The notes: a model not told the origin generated them from the letters alone. DNA of 16,457 nucleotides from Octopus sinensis (GCF_006345805.1 NW_021825348.1:1-16457), one strand, 5' to 3'; counted from the first letter of the stretch, positions 1 to 11,706 are shown. Program-made: numbers and translations.

Positions 1-99
1 CATATTAGGACTTGCAAAGTACGCAGATTTATCTCTTTCTCCATAAATTGAAAAAAGATATATATGAACATCCTTAATTATTTTTCAGACCTTGTTGTA
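1..99. repeat. Left part of locally duplicated segment, copy 1 (partner 2732-2830)
   Basis: ATATTAGGACTTGCAAAGTA...CAGACCTTGTTGTA recurs almost identically at 2732-2830. Confidence 0.9.
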
Positions 100-929
100 A
101 AATAATAATGATGAAATTATTGTATACAGTGCTCAGGTGCACCACAACTTGTCAGAAAGCGTGTATAAAGTATATGCAGTAATGTACAAATGTCTGGGAA
201 ATGAACAGTGTATGAGTCAGATACATGCTTGCGTGTGTATGGAGGGGAGAAAATCAGGTGTAGTGTTGGCGAATCTCAGGAAGCATGGAAGTTTTGAAGG
301 ATGCAGTGCTCCGACAACTAACAACTGATGCCAGCAGTTTGTTCCATGCTTCAGCGTGTGTATGGAGGGGAGAAAATCAGGTGTAGTGTTGGCGAATCTC
401 AGGAAGCATGGAAGTTTTGAAGGATGCAGTGCTCCAACAACTAACAACTGATGCCAGCAGTTTGTTCCATACTTCAGCGTGTGTATAGAGGGGAGAAAAT
501 CAGGTGTAGTGTTGGCGAATCTCAGGAAGCATGGAAGTTTTGAAGGATGCAGTGCTCCGACAACTAACAACTGATGCCAGCAGCCTGTTCCATGTTTCAG
601 CAACTCTTAGCATGAAAAAATGTTTCCGAAAGTCATGGGAGCTGTGCTGTTTTCTGACTTTGTAAACATGTCCATGGGTGTTAGACAGGTGGAGTTTGAA
701 AAGGTGCTCAGAGTTATTATTTGTAAGATGGTTAATAATTTTATGGGTGTCTGCCAAGTCAGCTGCCAGACGTCGGAGTTTCAATGTGTCCATGCCCAGG
801 GAAGTAAGGCTTTCAGAATATGGCAAATGCCTGATGGAGGGTATTCTCTTGGTTGCACGCCGCTGAACGACTTCCAGACGATTGATATCCTGGGCAAGAT
901 AGGGGTTCCAGACCGGTGATGCAAATTCC
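100..929 (-). mobile_element. 5'-truncated CR1-clade LINE 3' end
   Basis: Minus frame 928-500 reads EFASPVWNPYLAQDINRLEVVQRRATKRI...LRRLAADLADTHKII...GHVYKVRK...FFMLRVAETWNRL...FK, the typical CR1 ORF2 C-terminus. It is followed by a 3' UTR ending in a TTA-rich tail and is absent from the partner copy at 2830-2841. Confidence 0.9.
231..599. repeat. 3 x 123-bp tandem repeat of the CR1 ORF end plus start of the 3' UTR
   Basis: GCGTGTGTAT anchors at 231, 354 and 477 (period 123). Confidence 0.95.
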
Positions 930-1169
930 AGGGGTCTCTACATCATTTCACCAACCCCGGGAGGAAGAACTAACCTTTCTGATTATATATCGTGTGTGTG
1001 TGTACAGTGAAGAGGTTAGACCCAGAGGTGCTGAATATAGAAGACACGTAGTCGTGTTCAAATGATTTGAACTTAAACTGAGCCCCATGGGGGTAAAGAG
1101 TGGCCATAAGAGGAATCCAGGTGAGCAGATTGTAGAGATAATGATGCAAACCCAATTAGGTTCGATGTA
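930..1169. repeat. Right part of locally duplicated segment, copy 1 (partner 2841-3080)
   Basis: Collinear ~240-bp match with scattered substitutions. Confidence 0.9.
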
Positions 1170-1173
1170 ATTA

Positions 1174-1335
1174 GGCGCAGGAGTGGCTGTGTTGTAAGTA
1201 GCTTGCTAACCAGCCACATGGTTCCGGGTTCAGTCCCACTGCGTGGCACCTTGGGCAAATGTCTTCTACTATAGCCTCGGGCCAACCAAAGCCTTGTGAG
1301 TGGATTTGGTAGACGGAAACTGAAAGAAGCCCGTC
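1174..1335 (+). mobile_element. tRNA-derived SINE family A (octopus OK/OR-like), 5' half
   Basis: GGCGCAGGAGTGGCTGTG...GGTTCAGTCCCAC...GGAAACTGAAAGAAGCCCGTC, matching copies at 1684 and 12412. Confidence 0.85.
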
Positions 1336-1586
<251 letters not shown>

Positions 1587-1683
1587 GTTGAATTTATTAA
1601 TAGTCTCTGACTATTTCCTCTTTCTCACTAGACCGCTGGTGGCAAAATAATTTCTATTGAATTTTCTGCTACCCTATGTATAT

Positions 1684-2090
1684 AGGAGTGGCTGTGTGGT
1701 AAGTAGCTTGCTTACCAACCACATAGTTCTGGGTTCAGTCCCACTGCGTGGCACCTTGGGCAAGTGTCTTCTACTATAGCTTCAGGCCGACTAAAGCCTT
1801 GTGAGTGGATTTGGTAGACGGAAACTGAAAGAAGCCCATCGTATATATGTATATATATGTATGTGTGTATATATGTTTGTGTGTCTGTGTTTGTCCCCCT
1901 AGCATTGCTTGACAACCGATGTTGGTGTGTTTACGTCCCCGTCACTTAGCGGTTCGGCAAAAGAGACCGATAGAATAAGTACTGGGCTTACAAAGAATAA
2001 GTCCCGGGGTCGATTTGCTTGACTAAAAAAGGCGGTGCTCCAGCATGGCCGCAGTCAAATGACTGAAGCAAGTAAAAGAGTAAAAGAGTA
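1684..2090 (+). mobile_element. SINE family A, near full length
   Basis: tRNA-like head, central TA/TG tract, 3' GGCGGTGCTCCAGCATGGCCGCAGTCAAATGACTG and (GTAAAAGA)n tail. Confidence 0.9.
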
Positions 2091-2303
2091 AAGGGGCTAA
2101 ACATAGAGGGGGGCAAACAAGGACAGACAAAGGGATTAAGTCGATTACATCAACCTCAGTGCGTAACTGGTACTTATTTATCGACTCCGAAAGGATGAAA
2201 GGCAAAGTCGACCTCGGCAGAATTTGAACTCAGAACGTAGCAGCAGATGAAATACTGCTAAGCATTTCGCCCGATGTGCTAACGATTCTGCCAGCTCGAC
2301 GCC
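2091..2303 (-). mobile_element. SINE family B, 3'-truncated
   Basis: Reverse complement of GGCGAGCTGGCAGAATCGTTAGC...GAGTTCAAATT...GTTTAGCCCCTT, matching 7656-7882 and 14848-15075. Confidence 0.9.
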
Positions 2304-2645
2304 ACCACCTTACATACACTGCAAGAATATCACCTGGTCGGTACTTATGTACCAAGTCTGATATTTATGTAATATTCTTGTTGTGTGTGTATTTTATTCC
2401 AACCTAAAGAGTTGCCCCAATTTAAGTACCTAATTCTACAGAATCTTAGTTATATCTTTGTATATATATATATATATAATATATAGTTTAATTGGAGCTT
2501 GTTATTAACAATAACTCACATTAAAACTGAAGGAAAGTGTAGGGCCCGTTGTGAGCCATATTCGAAATAACAATATTACGGAGGCAACACAGGTGAAATC
2601 TAAAAGAAACATAATTGAAATACGCATCCGAAACTTATATAAATA

Positions 2646-2715
2646 CATCATCATCATCATCATCGTTTAATGTCCGTTGTCCGTGCTAGCATGGGTTGGA
2701 CAGTTTGACTGGGGT
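2646..2715 (-). mobile_element. RTE-type 3' tail fragment with (GAT)n tail
   Basis: (CAT)n-CGTTTAATGTCCG...GCTAGCATGGGTTGGAC is the reverse complement of the tails at 4930-4982 and 8820-8880. Confidence 0.8.
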
Positions 2716-2731
2716 GTGTGTGTACACCTTT

Positions 2732-3080
2732 ATATTAGGACTTGCAAAGTATGGCAGATTTATCTCTTTCTCCATAAATTGAAAAAAGATATATATGAAC
2801 ATCCTTAATTGGTTTTCAGACCTTGTTGTAGTCTCCTTAGAGGTGTCTCTACATCATTTCTCCAACCCCGGGAGGAGGAACTAACCTTTCTGATTATATA
2901 TCGTGTGTGTGTGTACAGTGAAGAGGTTAGACCCAGAGGTGCTGAATATAGAAGCCACATAGTAGTGTTCAAATGATTTGAACTTAAACTGAGCCCCATG
3001 GGGGTAAAGAGTGGCCGTAAGAGGAATCCAGGTGAGCAGATTGTAGAGATAATGATGGAAACCCAATTAGGTTCGATGTA
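2732..3080. repeat. Locally duplicated segment, copy 2 (no CR1 insert), unclassified
   Basis: Matches 2-99 plus 930-1169. Confidence 0.9.
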
Positions 3081-3131
3081 TTGTAAATATAAATATAAAT
3101 AAATAATATTATTATGGAGGCAACACAGGCG

Positions 3132-3724
3132 AACTGTTTCTATACTCAACAAATGCAGCAGTTACTCTATGAAGGAGTCCCTATAATTGTCCAAAAGAGC
3201 ATAATTGAAATTCGCACCCAAAACTTATATAAAAACATGTTTTTATATAAGTTTTATGTATTTAACCCATGCCAGTGACACGTTAAAAGATAAGCACCGA
3301 TCGAGTGTGGCAGATGCCAGCGTCGCCTGACTGGCGTCCATGTCGGTGACACGTAAAAGCACCATCCGATCGTGGCCGTTGCCAGCCTCGTCTGGCCCCT
3401 GTGCCGGTGGCACGTAAAAGCACTCACTACACTCACAAAGTGGTTGGCATTAGGAAGGGCATCCAGCTGTAGAAACACAGCCAGATCAAGATTGGAGCCT
3501 GGTGCAGCCTCTGATGAGTCTTTTTTTAGAGAAATGGCAAAAAATTTGCCGTTTATAATTCTCCCCTAAATTACATATTCATTATATCATACCTTGATAC
3601 TGCATGGACTAAGATCCCCTGTTGATGGGCCCCTGGTATTTATAGAGTGTTAAACACTTTCTGTATGCAGATTAGGGACTCCTTCATAGAATAACTGCTG
3701 CATTTGTTGAGTATAGAAACAGTT
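3132..3724. repeat. 52-bp inverted repeat pair (3132-3183 / 3673-3724)
   Basis: 51/52 reverse-complement identity. Confidence 0.9.
3267..3513 (+). mobile_element. RTE-type 3' UTR fragment with internal ~65-bp repeats
   Basis: GGTGGCACGTAAAAGCAC units and GGTTGGCATTAGGAAGGGCATCCAGC, as in 4510-4982 and 8225-8880. Confidence 0.8.
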
Positions 3725-3756
3725 TGTCTGCTTGCTTCTCTGGAGATTGTCAAAGG

Positions 3757-3816
3757 GATGTGGACACCTCTGATGAGAACCCAATAAACTTCAAAAATCG
3801 ATTAAGGTTGTTCATC
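3757..3816 (+). ncRNA. Decayed type I hammerhead motif (G12 to A)
   Basis: GATG-TGG-ACACCT CTGATGA GAA(CCCAATAAAC)TTC AAAA ATCGAT TA AGGT(T)GT-T-CATC. Confidence 0.6.
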
Positions 3817-3886
3817 AGTTTTCAGTCTGCAGAGAAATCGCTAAAATTCGCCCTGTTTATAATTATACCATATGTTAAGTGTATAT

Positions 3887-4096
3887 ATAGGGTGCAATGG
3901 GCAAATTGTTGCCATTTTATAATTTATAATTTTGTGCATGTGCATTGTTTGTTTTTGATGTTGTTGACTACACAGTATAGTAGGGTCAGTTGGGCACTGT
4001 CTGTGAGAAAAACAGCACCATGACACAATTCACTCTACCAGAAATTTGGAAACGACATGCTGTACTGCTGTGCATTCGTGCTTGAAGCTTCAATAC
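3887..4096 (+). mobile_element. Tc1/mariner-superfamily 5' end relic
   Basis: TA-(C/T)AGGGTGCA-like terminus, then ATG at 4020 reading MTQFTLPEIWKRHAVLLCIRA*. Terminus resembles 16170-16200. Confidence 0.5.
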
Positions 4097-4154
4097 AGAC
4101 AGACAGGTCAGTTATTCCTCTCCAATTTTTCATAAATTCTTAAATATATCTCCT

Positions 4155-4159
<5 letters not shown>

Positions 4160-4202
<43 letters not shown>

Positions 4203-4210
4203 ATATATAT
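4160..4210. repeat. (TA)n microsatellite
   Basis: Direct reading. Confidence 0.97.
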
Positions 4211-4509
4211 ACTACCAAACAAACATGATTTTTATTGAACTCCTAATATTTTTTGTTGAATATTTTCTTAAATACTTTCTTGCAAACTGTTTTTAACATT
4301 TTCTTATTATTATCAAAGAATGTATATATGTATTTTGATACTTTTGTGACAACCAGTAATTAACACAACAAAGCTTTACATTTTACTTTTGATAATCTCT
4401 TTCTAAAAAATGAAACCGGTCAAGTCAATAAGCATCTTTAAAATTGCAGTTTCAAACCTTCTTTCATATATATTTTCACTCGTGAGGTACCTTGCAACTT
4501 TACTTTGTT

Positions 4510-4982
4510 CTGGCACCCAGCAGTTGCCAGGACCGCTGGACTGACTCCTGTGCAGGTGGCAAGTGAAGAAACACCATTTTGACCCTGTGCTTGAGGAGAT
4601 CCATTGAGTCAAGTACACCGACATCAAAATCAATGGAAACTGCAGTTGTGATCCCTGTGTCGGTGGCACGTAAAAGGCACCATCCGAACGTGGCCGATGC
4701 CAGCGCCACCTTGACTGGCTTCCATGCCGGTGACACGTAAAATGCGCCAATCCAATCGTGGCCGTTGCCAGCCTCGCCTGGCACCTGTGCAAGTGGCACG
4801 TAAAAAGCACCCACTACACTCACGGAGTGGTTGGCGTTAGGAAGGGCATCCAGTTGTAGAAACACTGCCAGGTCAGATTGGAGCCTAGTGCAGCCTTCTG
4901 GCTTCCCAGATCCCCGGTTGAATTGTCCAACCCATGCTAGCATGGAAAGCGGACGTTAAACGATGATGATGATGATGATGAT
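4510..4982 (+). mobile_element. RTE-type 3' UTR with internal repeats and (GAT)n tail
   Basis: Ends GGCGTTAGGAAGGGCATCCAG...CCAACCCATGCTAGCATGGAAAGCGGACGTTAAACGATGATGAT. Confidence 0.85.
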
Positions 4983-5379
4983 GTGTGTGTGTGTGTGATG
5001 ATAATAATAATTTAATATAGATAGCAGTGTGCAATGTTTTACCAAAAATGAAAACTATAATTGTCACTAAATGTGGTTAGGGTGTTAGAACACGTGCATT
5101 GCTAGAAAGAAGAGCTAAAAAGCTCTAAAGTTATAATTAAAGCACATATATTTGTCTGCATATGTACTGACAGGGACCATAATTGCCCGAAAGCTCCGGT
5201 CGAGAATTCCCTATACTGATCGGTCAGATTCTGCTAACTCCATGAGGGGACAACAAACAAGCTGTATTAGTTTCACACTCAAGAGAAATGGGAATTTTTG
5301 ATATTTCGAGCCTATGCTCTTCTGCAGAAAGGAATGAGGCAAGAAAACAAAGAGAAAAGCACATGCGTATATATTTGTA

Positions 5380-5817
5380 TATTTGTATATCTTTATATGT
5401 TTGTGCGTGTGTGTATGTGTGTGTTAACACTTGGTGCAACTTCTTTACCATCTCTTCACTCCTTCTCACTCTCATTCTCTCTCCCCCTCTCTCTCTCTCT
5501 CTCTCCCTCAAGCTCTTAATCTATTTATCTGTTTATTTCTTTGTCTGTCTCTCTATCCATTTATCAATTTATCTATATATCGGTCTATTTATCTACTAAG
5601 CCATCTACCTGTCTTTCTATACATCTATCTAACCATCCATTTATATATGTATGTGTGTGTATGTATGTATGGTTGTATGTATCTGTCGATTTATTTATCT
5701 ATATCTGTCTATCTGTCTATATATATATATCGTTTTATGCATCTATCTATTTATCTATCCATCTATCCACCAACCCATCCTTCCATCCATCTGTCCATCT
5801 ATTTATCTATTTAAATG

Positions 5818-5871
<54 letters not shown>

Positions 5872-5900
5872 ATCTATCTATCTATCTATCCATCCAAGCA
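5380..5900. repeat. Compound microsatellite (TG, TC, TATC/CATC)
   Basis: Direct reading; a near-pure (TATC)n run at about 5817-5890. Confidence 0.95.
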
Positions 5901-5924
5901 TTGACGGGCACCATGGTCAATGAT

Positions 5925-7910
5925 AGATAGTGGTATGCCCTAAAGAAAGCAATTAAAGCAGAATTTGTTAGCTACAGTAAGGCCCTAGCATTAGACTGAA
6001 ATAGAATAAAGGGAGACCTAGTTAAGAAATTAGAAGAGGCACTTAGAACTGGCATCACATCCAACATACGGATGGCAAAGTTGGCCCTCGACCAACACTT
6101 CAACACCAAACACGAAGGATGCATTGTCAGAGCTAGGATGTATTCTCTGAGGAATGAAGGAATTGTAACCACCTGAGAGGCCCAAGTACGGAGGCACAAC
6201 AAGGCAACAAAGCCACCATTAGGTCTCTGACAGGTGAGCAGGGTCACGAATTACACGAGCCCAAAAGGATGTGTGAGGCCTTTCAACAGCTTTTTGCCTG
6301 ACTGTTCGGGACAACTTGTGGCCCAGAATGCAGGGTGGCCTTAAGTGCGTACCAGCATGGCCTGCACGACACTCAGCAAGAGAGGCAGAGTGTTGTGAAA
6401 GACCCATCACAGCCGTGGACATACAGGATGCGATGGCAGGCTGCACAGGAGACAAGTCGCCAGGCTTGGATAGTCTTCCCTACGACCTTTATTGTCATAT
6501 GCCAGACTTGTTCGGAGGCATCTTGGCAGCTGTCTACTGCAACTGGCAGCAAAATGGGAGTATCCCCGTTTCTGTGAAGTGAGAAGTGGTGGCACTGCTA
6601 AAGCAAGATCCAGACAAAGGGAACATCATACATAACTTCAGGCCCATCACTCTGCTCAACACAGATTTGAACATTTTGACCAAGGTGTTAGCCGAGAGGT
6701 TGGCGGTTGTCATCGAGAAACTGGTCAACAAGGCACAAATGTGCACCATGCCAGGTAGGAGTATCCATGACAACCTCCATCTGATGCACTACATCATAGA
6801 CAGGGTAGTTAAGGAACCTGGCATGGGTGGGGCGCTGATCAATTTGGATCAATCTAAAGCTTTTGATAGAGTCAACCATCATTACTTGGAGGCTGTCCTT
6901 AAAGCGACTGGTTTTGGTCTCATCTTCCACGGTTGGATCGCTGCCTTATGCAGTGGCATCCATTCAGTAATTCGCATAAATGGCCATCCATCCAGACCAT
7001 CAGACATCAGGCATTTGTTCCCTCTCGTCATTTCTGTACGTGTTGGCTCTAGAGCCAGTACTGTGGAAGCTGGTGATGCTGAGGAGCATCCTGCAAGAAC
7101 TGAGATGCGGGAGGGGCAAGTCTGCATACACGGACGATGTCACCATGATAGTGTCGAGCCACAGGCATATCGACCTGGTCAGCAAAACACTAAAGGAATA
7201 CAAAGGTGTAATGAGAGCAAAAATTAACTGAGAAAAGTCAGTGGGCTTGCGGCTCGGCAACTGGAGAGGCAGGCCGATGCTGTCCATCATGGGACACTGG
7301 ACTGACAGACCAGATAATGTGCTAAGTGTCTGGTTTGGTCCAGACCTCCAAATGGAGAAGAACTGGGACAAGATAACGAGTAGGGTGGCCACTCTCACCC
7401 AGTAATGGGCCGAGACGAAGCTATCCCTAAAAGGTCGGGTGGAGGTGGCAAACGCATACATCACATCTGTCGTCTATTACTGCCTTACCATCATACCTTG
7501 TCCTGATCCTACCATCACCAAACTGGAAAGCATACTCTTCCACTCTCTGTGGAAGGGAAGCGTTCCAATGATTAGGTAATCCATGTGTTGTCAACACCTG
7601 TTAAATGGAGGGGTGGGCATGCCAAGGTTGATAATGCACAGATATGTGCTGAGACGGCGAGCTGGCAGAAACGTTAGCACGCCAGGCGAAATGCATAGCC
7701 GTATTTCATCTGTCGTTACGTTCTGGGTTCAAATTCCGCCAAGGTCCACTTTGCCTTTCATCCTTTCGGGGTCGATAAATTAAGTACCAGTTACGCACTG
7801 GGGTCGATGTAATCGATTTAATCCAGTTGTCTGTCTTTGTTTGTCCCCTCTATACTTAGCCCCTTGTGGGCAATAAAGAAATATATGTGCTGAGACTGCG
7901 ACATCTCACC
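5925..7910 (+). pseudogene. Decayed L1/Tx1-type LINE ORF2 (reverse transcriptase) with stops and frameshifts
   Basis: DKSPGLDSLPYDLY, NFRPITLLNTDLNILTKVLAERL, LDQSKAFDRVNH, LSSFLYVLALEP, AYTDDVT, and GGVGMPRL...VLRLRHL when read across the SINE insertion. Confidence 0.9.
7656..7882 (+). mobile_element. SINE family B, full length, with 14-bp TSD
   Basis: ATATGTGCTGAGAC at 7642-7655 and 7883-7896. Confidence 0.95.
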
Positions 7911-8224
7911 TGAGGAAACACAACTAGATCTCATAATGCAAGGAAACAGTTGCATAATCAAGTAGCTGCATACCTGGAGAACTACGTTGCATGGAAACAA
8001 TTGTAGGGATTGAAAATTAATGCCCAACTGTACTCCTTCTTGTTGACTCCGATTCTTTCAATTCTCTCTTCTCACGCGACAGATACCCAAACGCAAACCT
8101 GGAACAATGTATGATGCTACTTCTGGATAGCAGAGGGGGAAACCTGAAGGTGGACAAGCTTTATACTGTACTCTACAATGTTCTTAACAGAAAATACCAT
8201 AACTATATATATATATATATATGG

Positions 8225-8880
8225 AAGTATGGAAGTATGCTGTGCGTGAGAAGACCCGGCAAGACTAGTGAGACCATAACCCGTGGCCTCTACCTGGTAT
8301 GTAGCCAGTCGACTTATACATACCTTTCCTTCTTGGGACACAAACTCCACTTGTGAAGATCCGTTGAGGCAAGTGAAAATCAAAAATCAAAATCAAAATC
8401 AAAATCAAAATCAAACCAAATCAAATCCGATATCAGAAAGCAGAACCAAAATCGAAGTCGATCAACATCAATGGAAATTGCAGCTGTGATACCAGTGCCG
8501 GTGACAAGTAAGCGAACCATCCGAATCGTGGCCGTTGCCAGCACCGCCCCGACTGGCCTCCGTGCCGGTGGCACGTAAAAAGCACAATCCGATCGTGGCC
8601 ATTGCCAGTCTCACCTGGCCCCCGTGCCGGTGGCACGTAAAAGGCACCATCCGTCCGTGGCCGTTTGCCAGCTCCGTCTGGCACCTGGACCGGTGGCACG
8701 TAAAAAGCACCCACTACACTCACGGAGTGGTTGGCGTTAGGAAGGGCATCCAGCCGTAGAAACACTGCCAGATCAGACTGGGCCTGATGCAGCCTTCTGG
8801 CTTCACAGACCCCAGTTGAACCGTCCAACCCATGCTAGCATGGAAAGCGGACGCTAAACGATGATGATGATGATGATGAT
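8225..8880 (+). mobile_element. RTE-type LINE 3' end with (AAAATC)n, about four internal repeats and (GAT)n tail
   Basis: Same tail as 4510-4982, with a longer 5' extension. Confidence 0.8.
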
Positions 8881-8885
8881 ATATA

Positions 8886-9240
8886 TGTAAATGTAAAAAA
8901 ATACAAACTGGGACAAGAACGTAAAACATTTAGAAGACAATACAAAAAACACGGACGGGACGTTCAAAGCCTTCAATCTTCAGTCAAGAACCGGATCATC
9001 CTCGCAATTTCGGCTGATTAATCTTAAGATTGCTCCAACCTGGCCAACCCCAAAGGAAAATCTAAGCCAAGCGCATTAGATTCCTTGGAAGAAAACCTCG
9101 AATGTATACAAAACAAGGACGGGAAAACGGACGATGTTACACGAATAAGAATACAAAAATACGTAAAAACAATAATGGTAATAATAATAACAAAAACAGG
9201 ACGTTACAGACAGGCGTCTTTTCGAGAGGTCGACTGGGGT
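8886..9240. repeat. Unclassified, probably dispersed repeat with recurring GGACG motifs
   Basis: ACGGACGGGACGTT, GGACGGGAAAACGGACG and CAGGACGTT between microsatellites; no coding signal. Confidence 0.4.
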
Positions 9241-9255
9241 ATATATATAATATAT

Positions 9256-9300
<45 letters not shown>

Positions 9301-9353
9301 GAAATATTAAAATTACTAGTCTCTATAAAAGAGATTACGGCAGCGTTACTGGA

Positions 9354-9964
<611 letters not shown>

Positions 9965-10062
9965 AGTTTTTAACCGAATATGGCCTTTTCCATACCGAAA
10001 TACTACTAGGTGAAATTTGTTGATTTTATTAAATTAATTATATTTCACCCTATATCTGTAAT

Positions 10063-10069
10063 GTATATA

Positions 10070-10142
<73 letters not shown>

Positions 10143-10235
10143 TGTATGTATGTATATGTGGGGGGATGTGTGTGTATGTGTGAGTGTATATGTGTGTGTG
10201 TATGTGTGTGTGTGTGTGTCTGTGTATCTGTGTGG
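10063..10235. repeat. Compound (TA)n/(TATG)n/(TG)n microsatellite
   Basis: Direct reading. Confidence 0.95.
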
Positions 10236-10440
10236 TGTATCTGAGTTTGTCCTCCACTACTGCATGACAACCTGTGTTGGTGTGTTTACATCCCCTTAAC
10301 TTAGTGGTTCAGCAAAAGAGACTGATAGAATAAGTACTAGGCCTAACAAAATAAGTTCTGAGATCGATTTGTTCAACTAAAACCCTTCAAGGTGCTGCCC
10401 CAGCATGGCCACAGTCCCACGACAGAAACCAGTAAGAGAC
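10220..10440 (+). mobile_element. SINE family A, diverged 3' half
   Basis: GTTGGTGTGTTTACATCCCC...GAATAAGTAC...GCCCCAGCATGGCCACAGTC. Confidence 0.8.
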
Positions 10441-10683
10441 AAGCAACAAAGGGTATTCTTCTGGCTGCGACCCTGAGAAGAATTCTTTGTGGGTGAAAGC
10501 ATCGAGAAATCATTTGTTGTTTGATTGAGGCAAGAGTTTTATTGTTTAGGTTCTGAAGAGACAAACGTGACGCAGAGGGCACGGGGTAACGAGGAAACTG
10601 GTTTCAATAGCTTTCCCACCGTACATGGGTGTGTTCATTATTATCATCATCATTGTGAGTGTGTGTGTGTGTGGAAATATACT

Positions 10684-11029
10684 CTTTATTTGTTTCAGTC
10701 ATTTGACTGCGGCCATGCTGGAGCACCGCATTTAATCGAGCAACTCGACCCCGGGACTTATTCTTTTGTAAGCCCAGTACTTATTCTATCGGTCCCTATA
10801 TATATGTATTCTTTTATTCTTTTACTTGTTTCAGTCATTTGACTATGGCCATGCTGGAGCACCTCCTTTAGTCAAACAAATTGACTCCAGGATTTATTCT
10901 TTATAAGCCTAGTACTTATTCTATCAGTCTCTTTTGCCAAACCGCTAAGTTATGGGTGTTGTGGGTTGTAAACACGCCAACAATGGTTGTCAAGCAACGG
11001 TGAGGGGGCAACAAACACACACACACAAC

Positions 11030-11030
<1 letters not shown>
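10684..11030 (-). mobile_element. Two adjacent SINE family A 3' fragments (10684-10796, 10808-11030)
   Basis: TTGTTTCAGTCATTTGACT...GGCCATGCTGGAGCACC occurs twice. Confidence 0.85.
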
Positions 11031-11071
<41 letters not shown>

Positions 11072-11117
11072 ATTATATATATATCTATATATATATTATA
11101 TATATATAATATATATA

Positions 11118-11148
<31 letters not shown>

Positions 11149-11165
11149 CCATACATATATATATA
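11031..11165. repeat. (TA)n microsatellite
   Basis: Direct reading. Confidence 0.97.
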
Positions 11166-11380
11166 TAAATATAAAACCGAGTAAACACATAAATGTGAAA
11201 CAAGGTGGAAAAAAGAGTACTCAAATACCAGGGGTAGAGTAATATGCTTTATTTAAAAGCAGTAGAAATTCAACTAAACCTGTTACTCGGAGTTTCACGT
11301 TCCCGTTCGTCAGACAGTTTTAACAATATAACAGCTTTTGTTTTATTTCTGCTGCTTTTAGATAAAGTATACATATATAT
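11166..11380 (-). mobile_element. Short hammerhead-bearing repeat (Penelope pLTR-like) with 24-bp inverted repeat around the ribozyme
   Basis: Inverted repeat 11246-11269 / 11345-11368 (21/24 identical); second copy at about 11765-11975. Confidence 0.65.
11276..11320 (-). ncRNA. Type I hammerhead ribozyme, canonical core
   Basis: Minus strand: AAACTGT CTGACGA ACG(GGAA)CGT GAAA CT(CCG)AG TA ACAG-G-TTT; GUA site, cut after 11284. Confidence 0.8.
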
Positions 11381-11384
11381 ACTG

Positions 11385-11582
11385 TTTACTCTTAGACTTG
11401 TTTCAGTCATTTGACTGCGGCCATGCTGGAGCACCGCCTTTAATCGAGCAACTCGACCCCGGGACTTATTCTTTTGTAAGCCCAGTACTTATTCAATCGG
11501 TCTCTTTTGCCGAACCGCTAAGTGACGGAGACATAAACACACCAGCATCGGTTGTCAAGCAATGCTAGGGGGGACAAACGCA

Positions 11583-11636
<54 letters not shown>
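11385..11636 (-). mobile_element. SINE family A 3' half
   Basis: Reverse complement of the family A tail up to the (CA)n tract. Confidence 0.88.
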
Positions 11637-11639
<3 letters not shown>

Positions 11640-11657
11640 TATATATATTATATCATA

Positions 11658-11706
<49 letters not shown>

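Noticed and set aside
217-603. 128-aa ORF with 41-aa repeats; array superficially CRISPR-like
   Set aside because: It is an alternative frame of the 123-bp CR1 triplication (123 is divisible by 3). There are no unique spacers and no cas genes.
2805-3152. 115-aa minus ORF in the duplicated segment, with a possible donor site AAG/GTTAGT
   Set aside because: No recognisable domain, the same frame has a stop in copy 1, and exon status cannot be supported without RNA data.
3511-3560. CTGATGAGTC...GAGAAA plus a stem III-like hairpin
   Set aside because: Stem II lacks its closing C and no stem I can form. CTGANGA alone is expected several times by chance in this window.
4765-4810. CCTCGC loop resembling HDV-like ribozyme L3
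   Set aside because: No P1, P1.1 or P2 partners could be found; it forms two simple hairpins instead.
5167-5196. CTGACAGGG...CCCGAAAGCTC hammerhead-like relic
   Set aside because: G8 is missing and there is no stem I. Possibly a fossil, but unsupported without a consensus.
5224-5930. Several overlapping Ile/Tyr/Leu/Ser-rich ORFs (also 9102-9359, 10034-10299, 10952-11242, 12156-12912)
   Set aside because: Translations of microsatellites.
6586-7227. 213-aa RT ORF as a functional gene
   Set aside because: It is flanked by stops and frameshifts, has YTDD in another frame, and the element is split by a SINE.
8955-8990. Minus-strand CTGAAGA...TGAACGTC
   Set aside because: No GAAA, no stem II and no stem I pairing.
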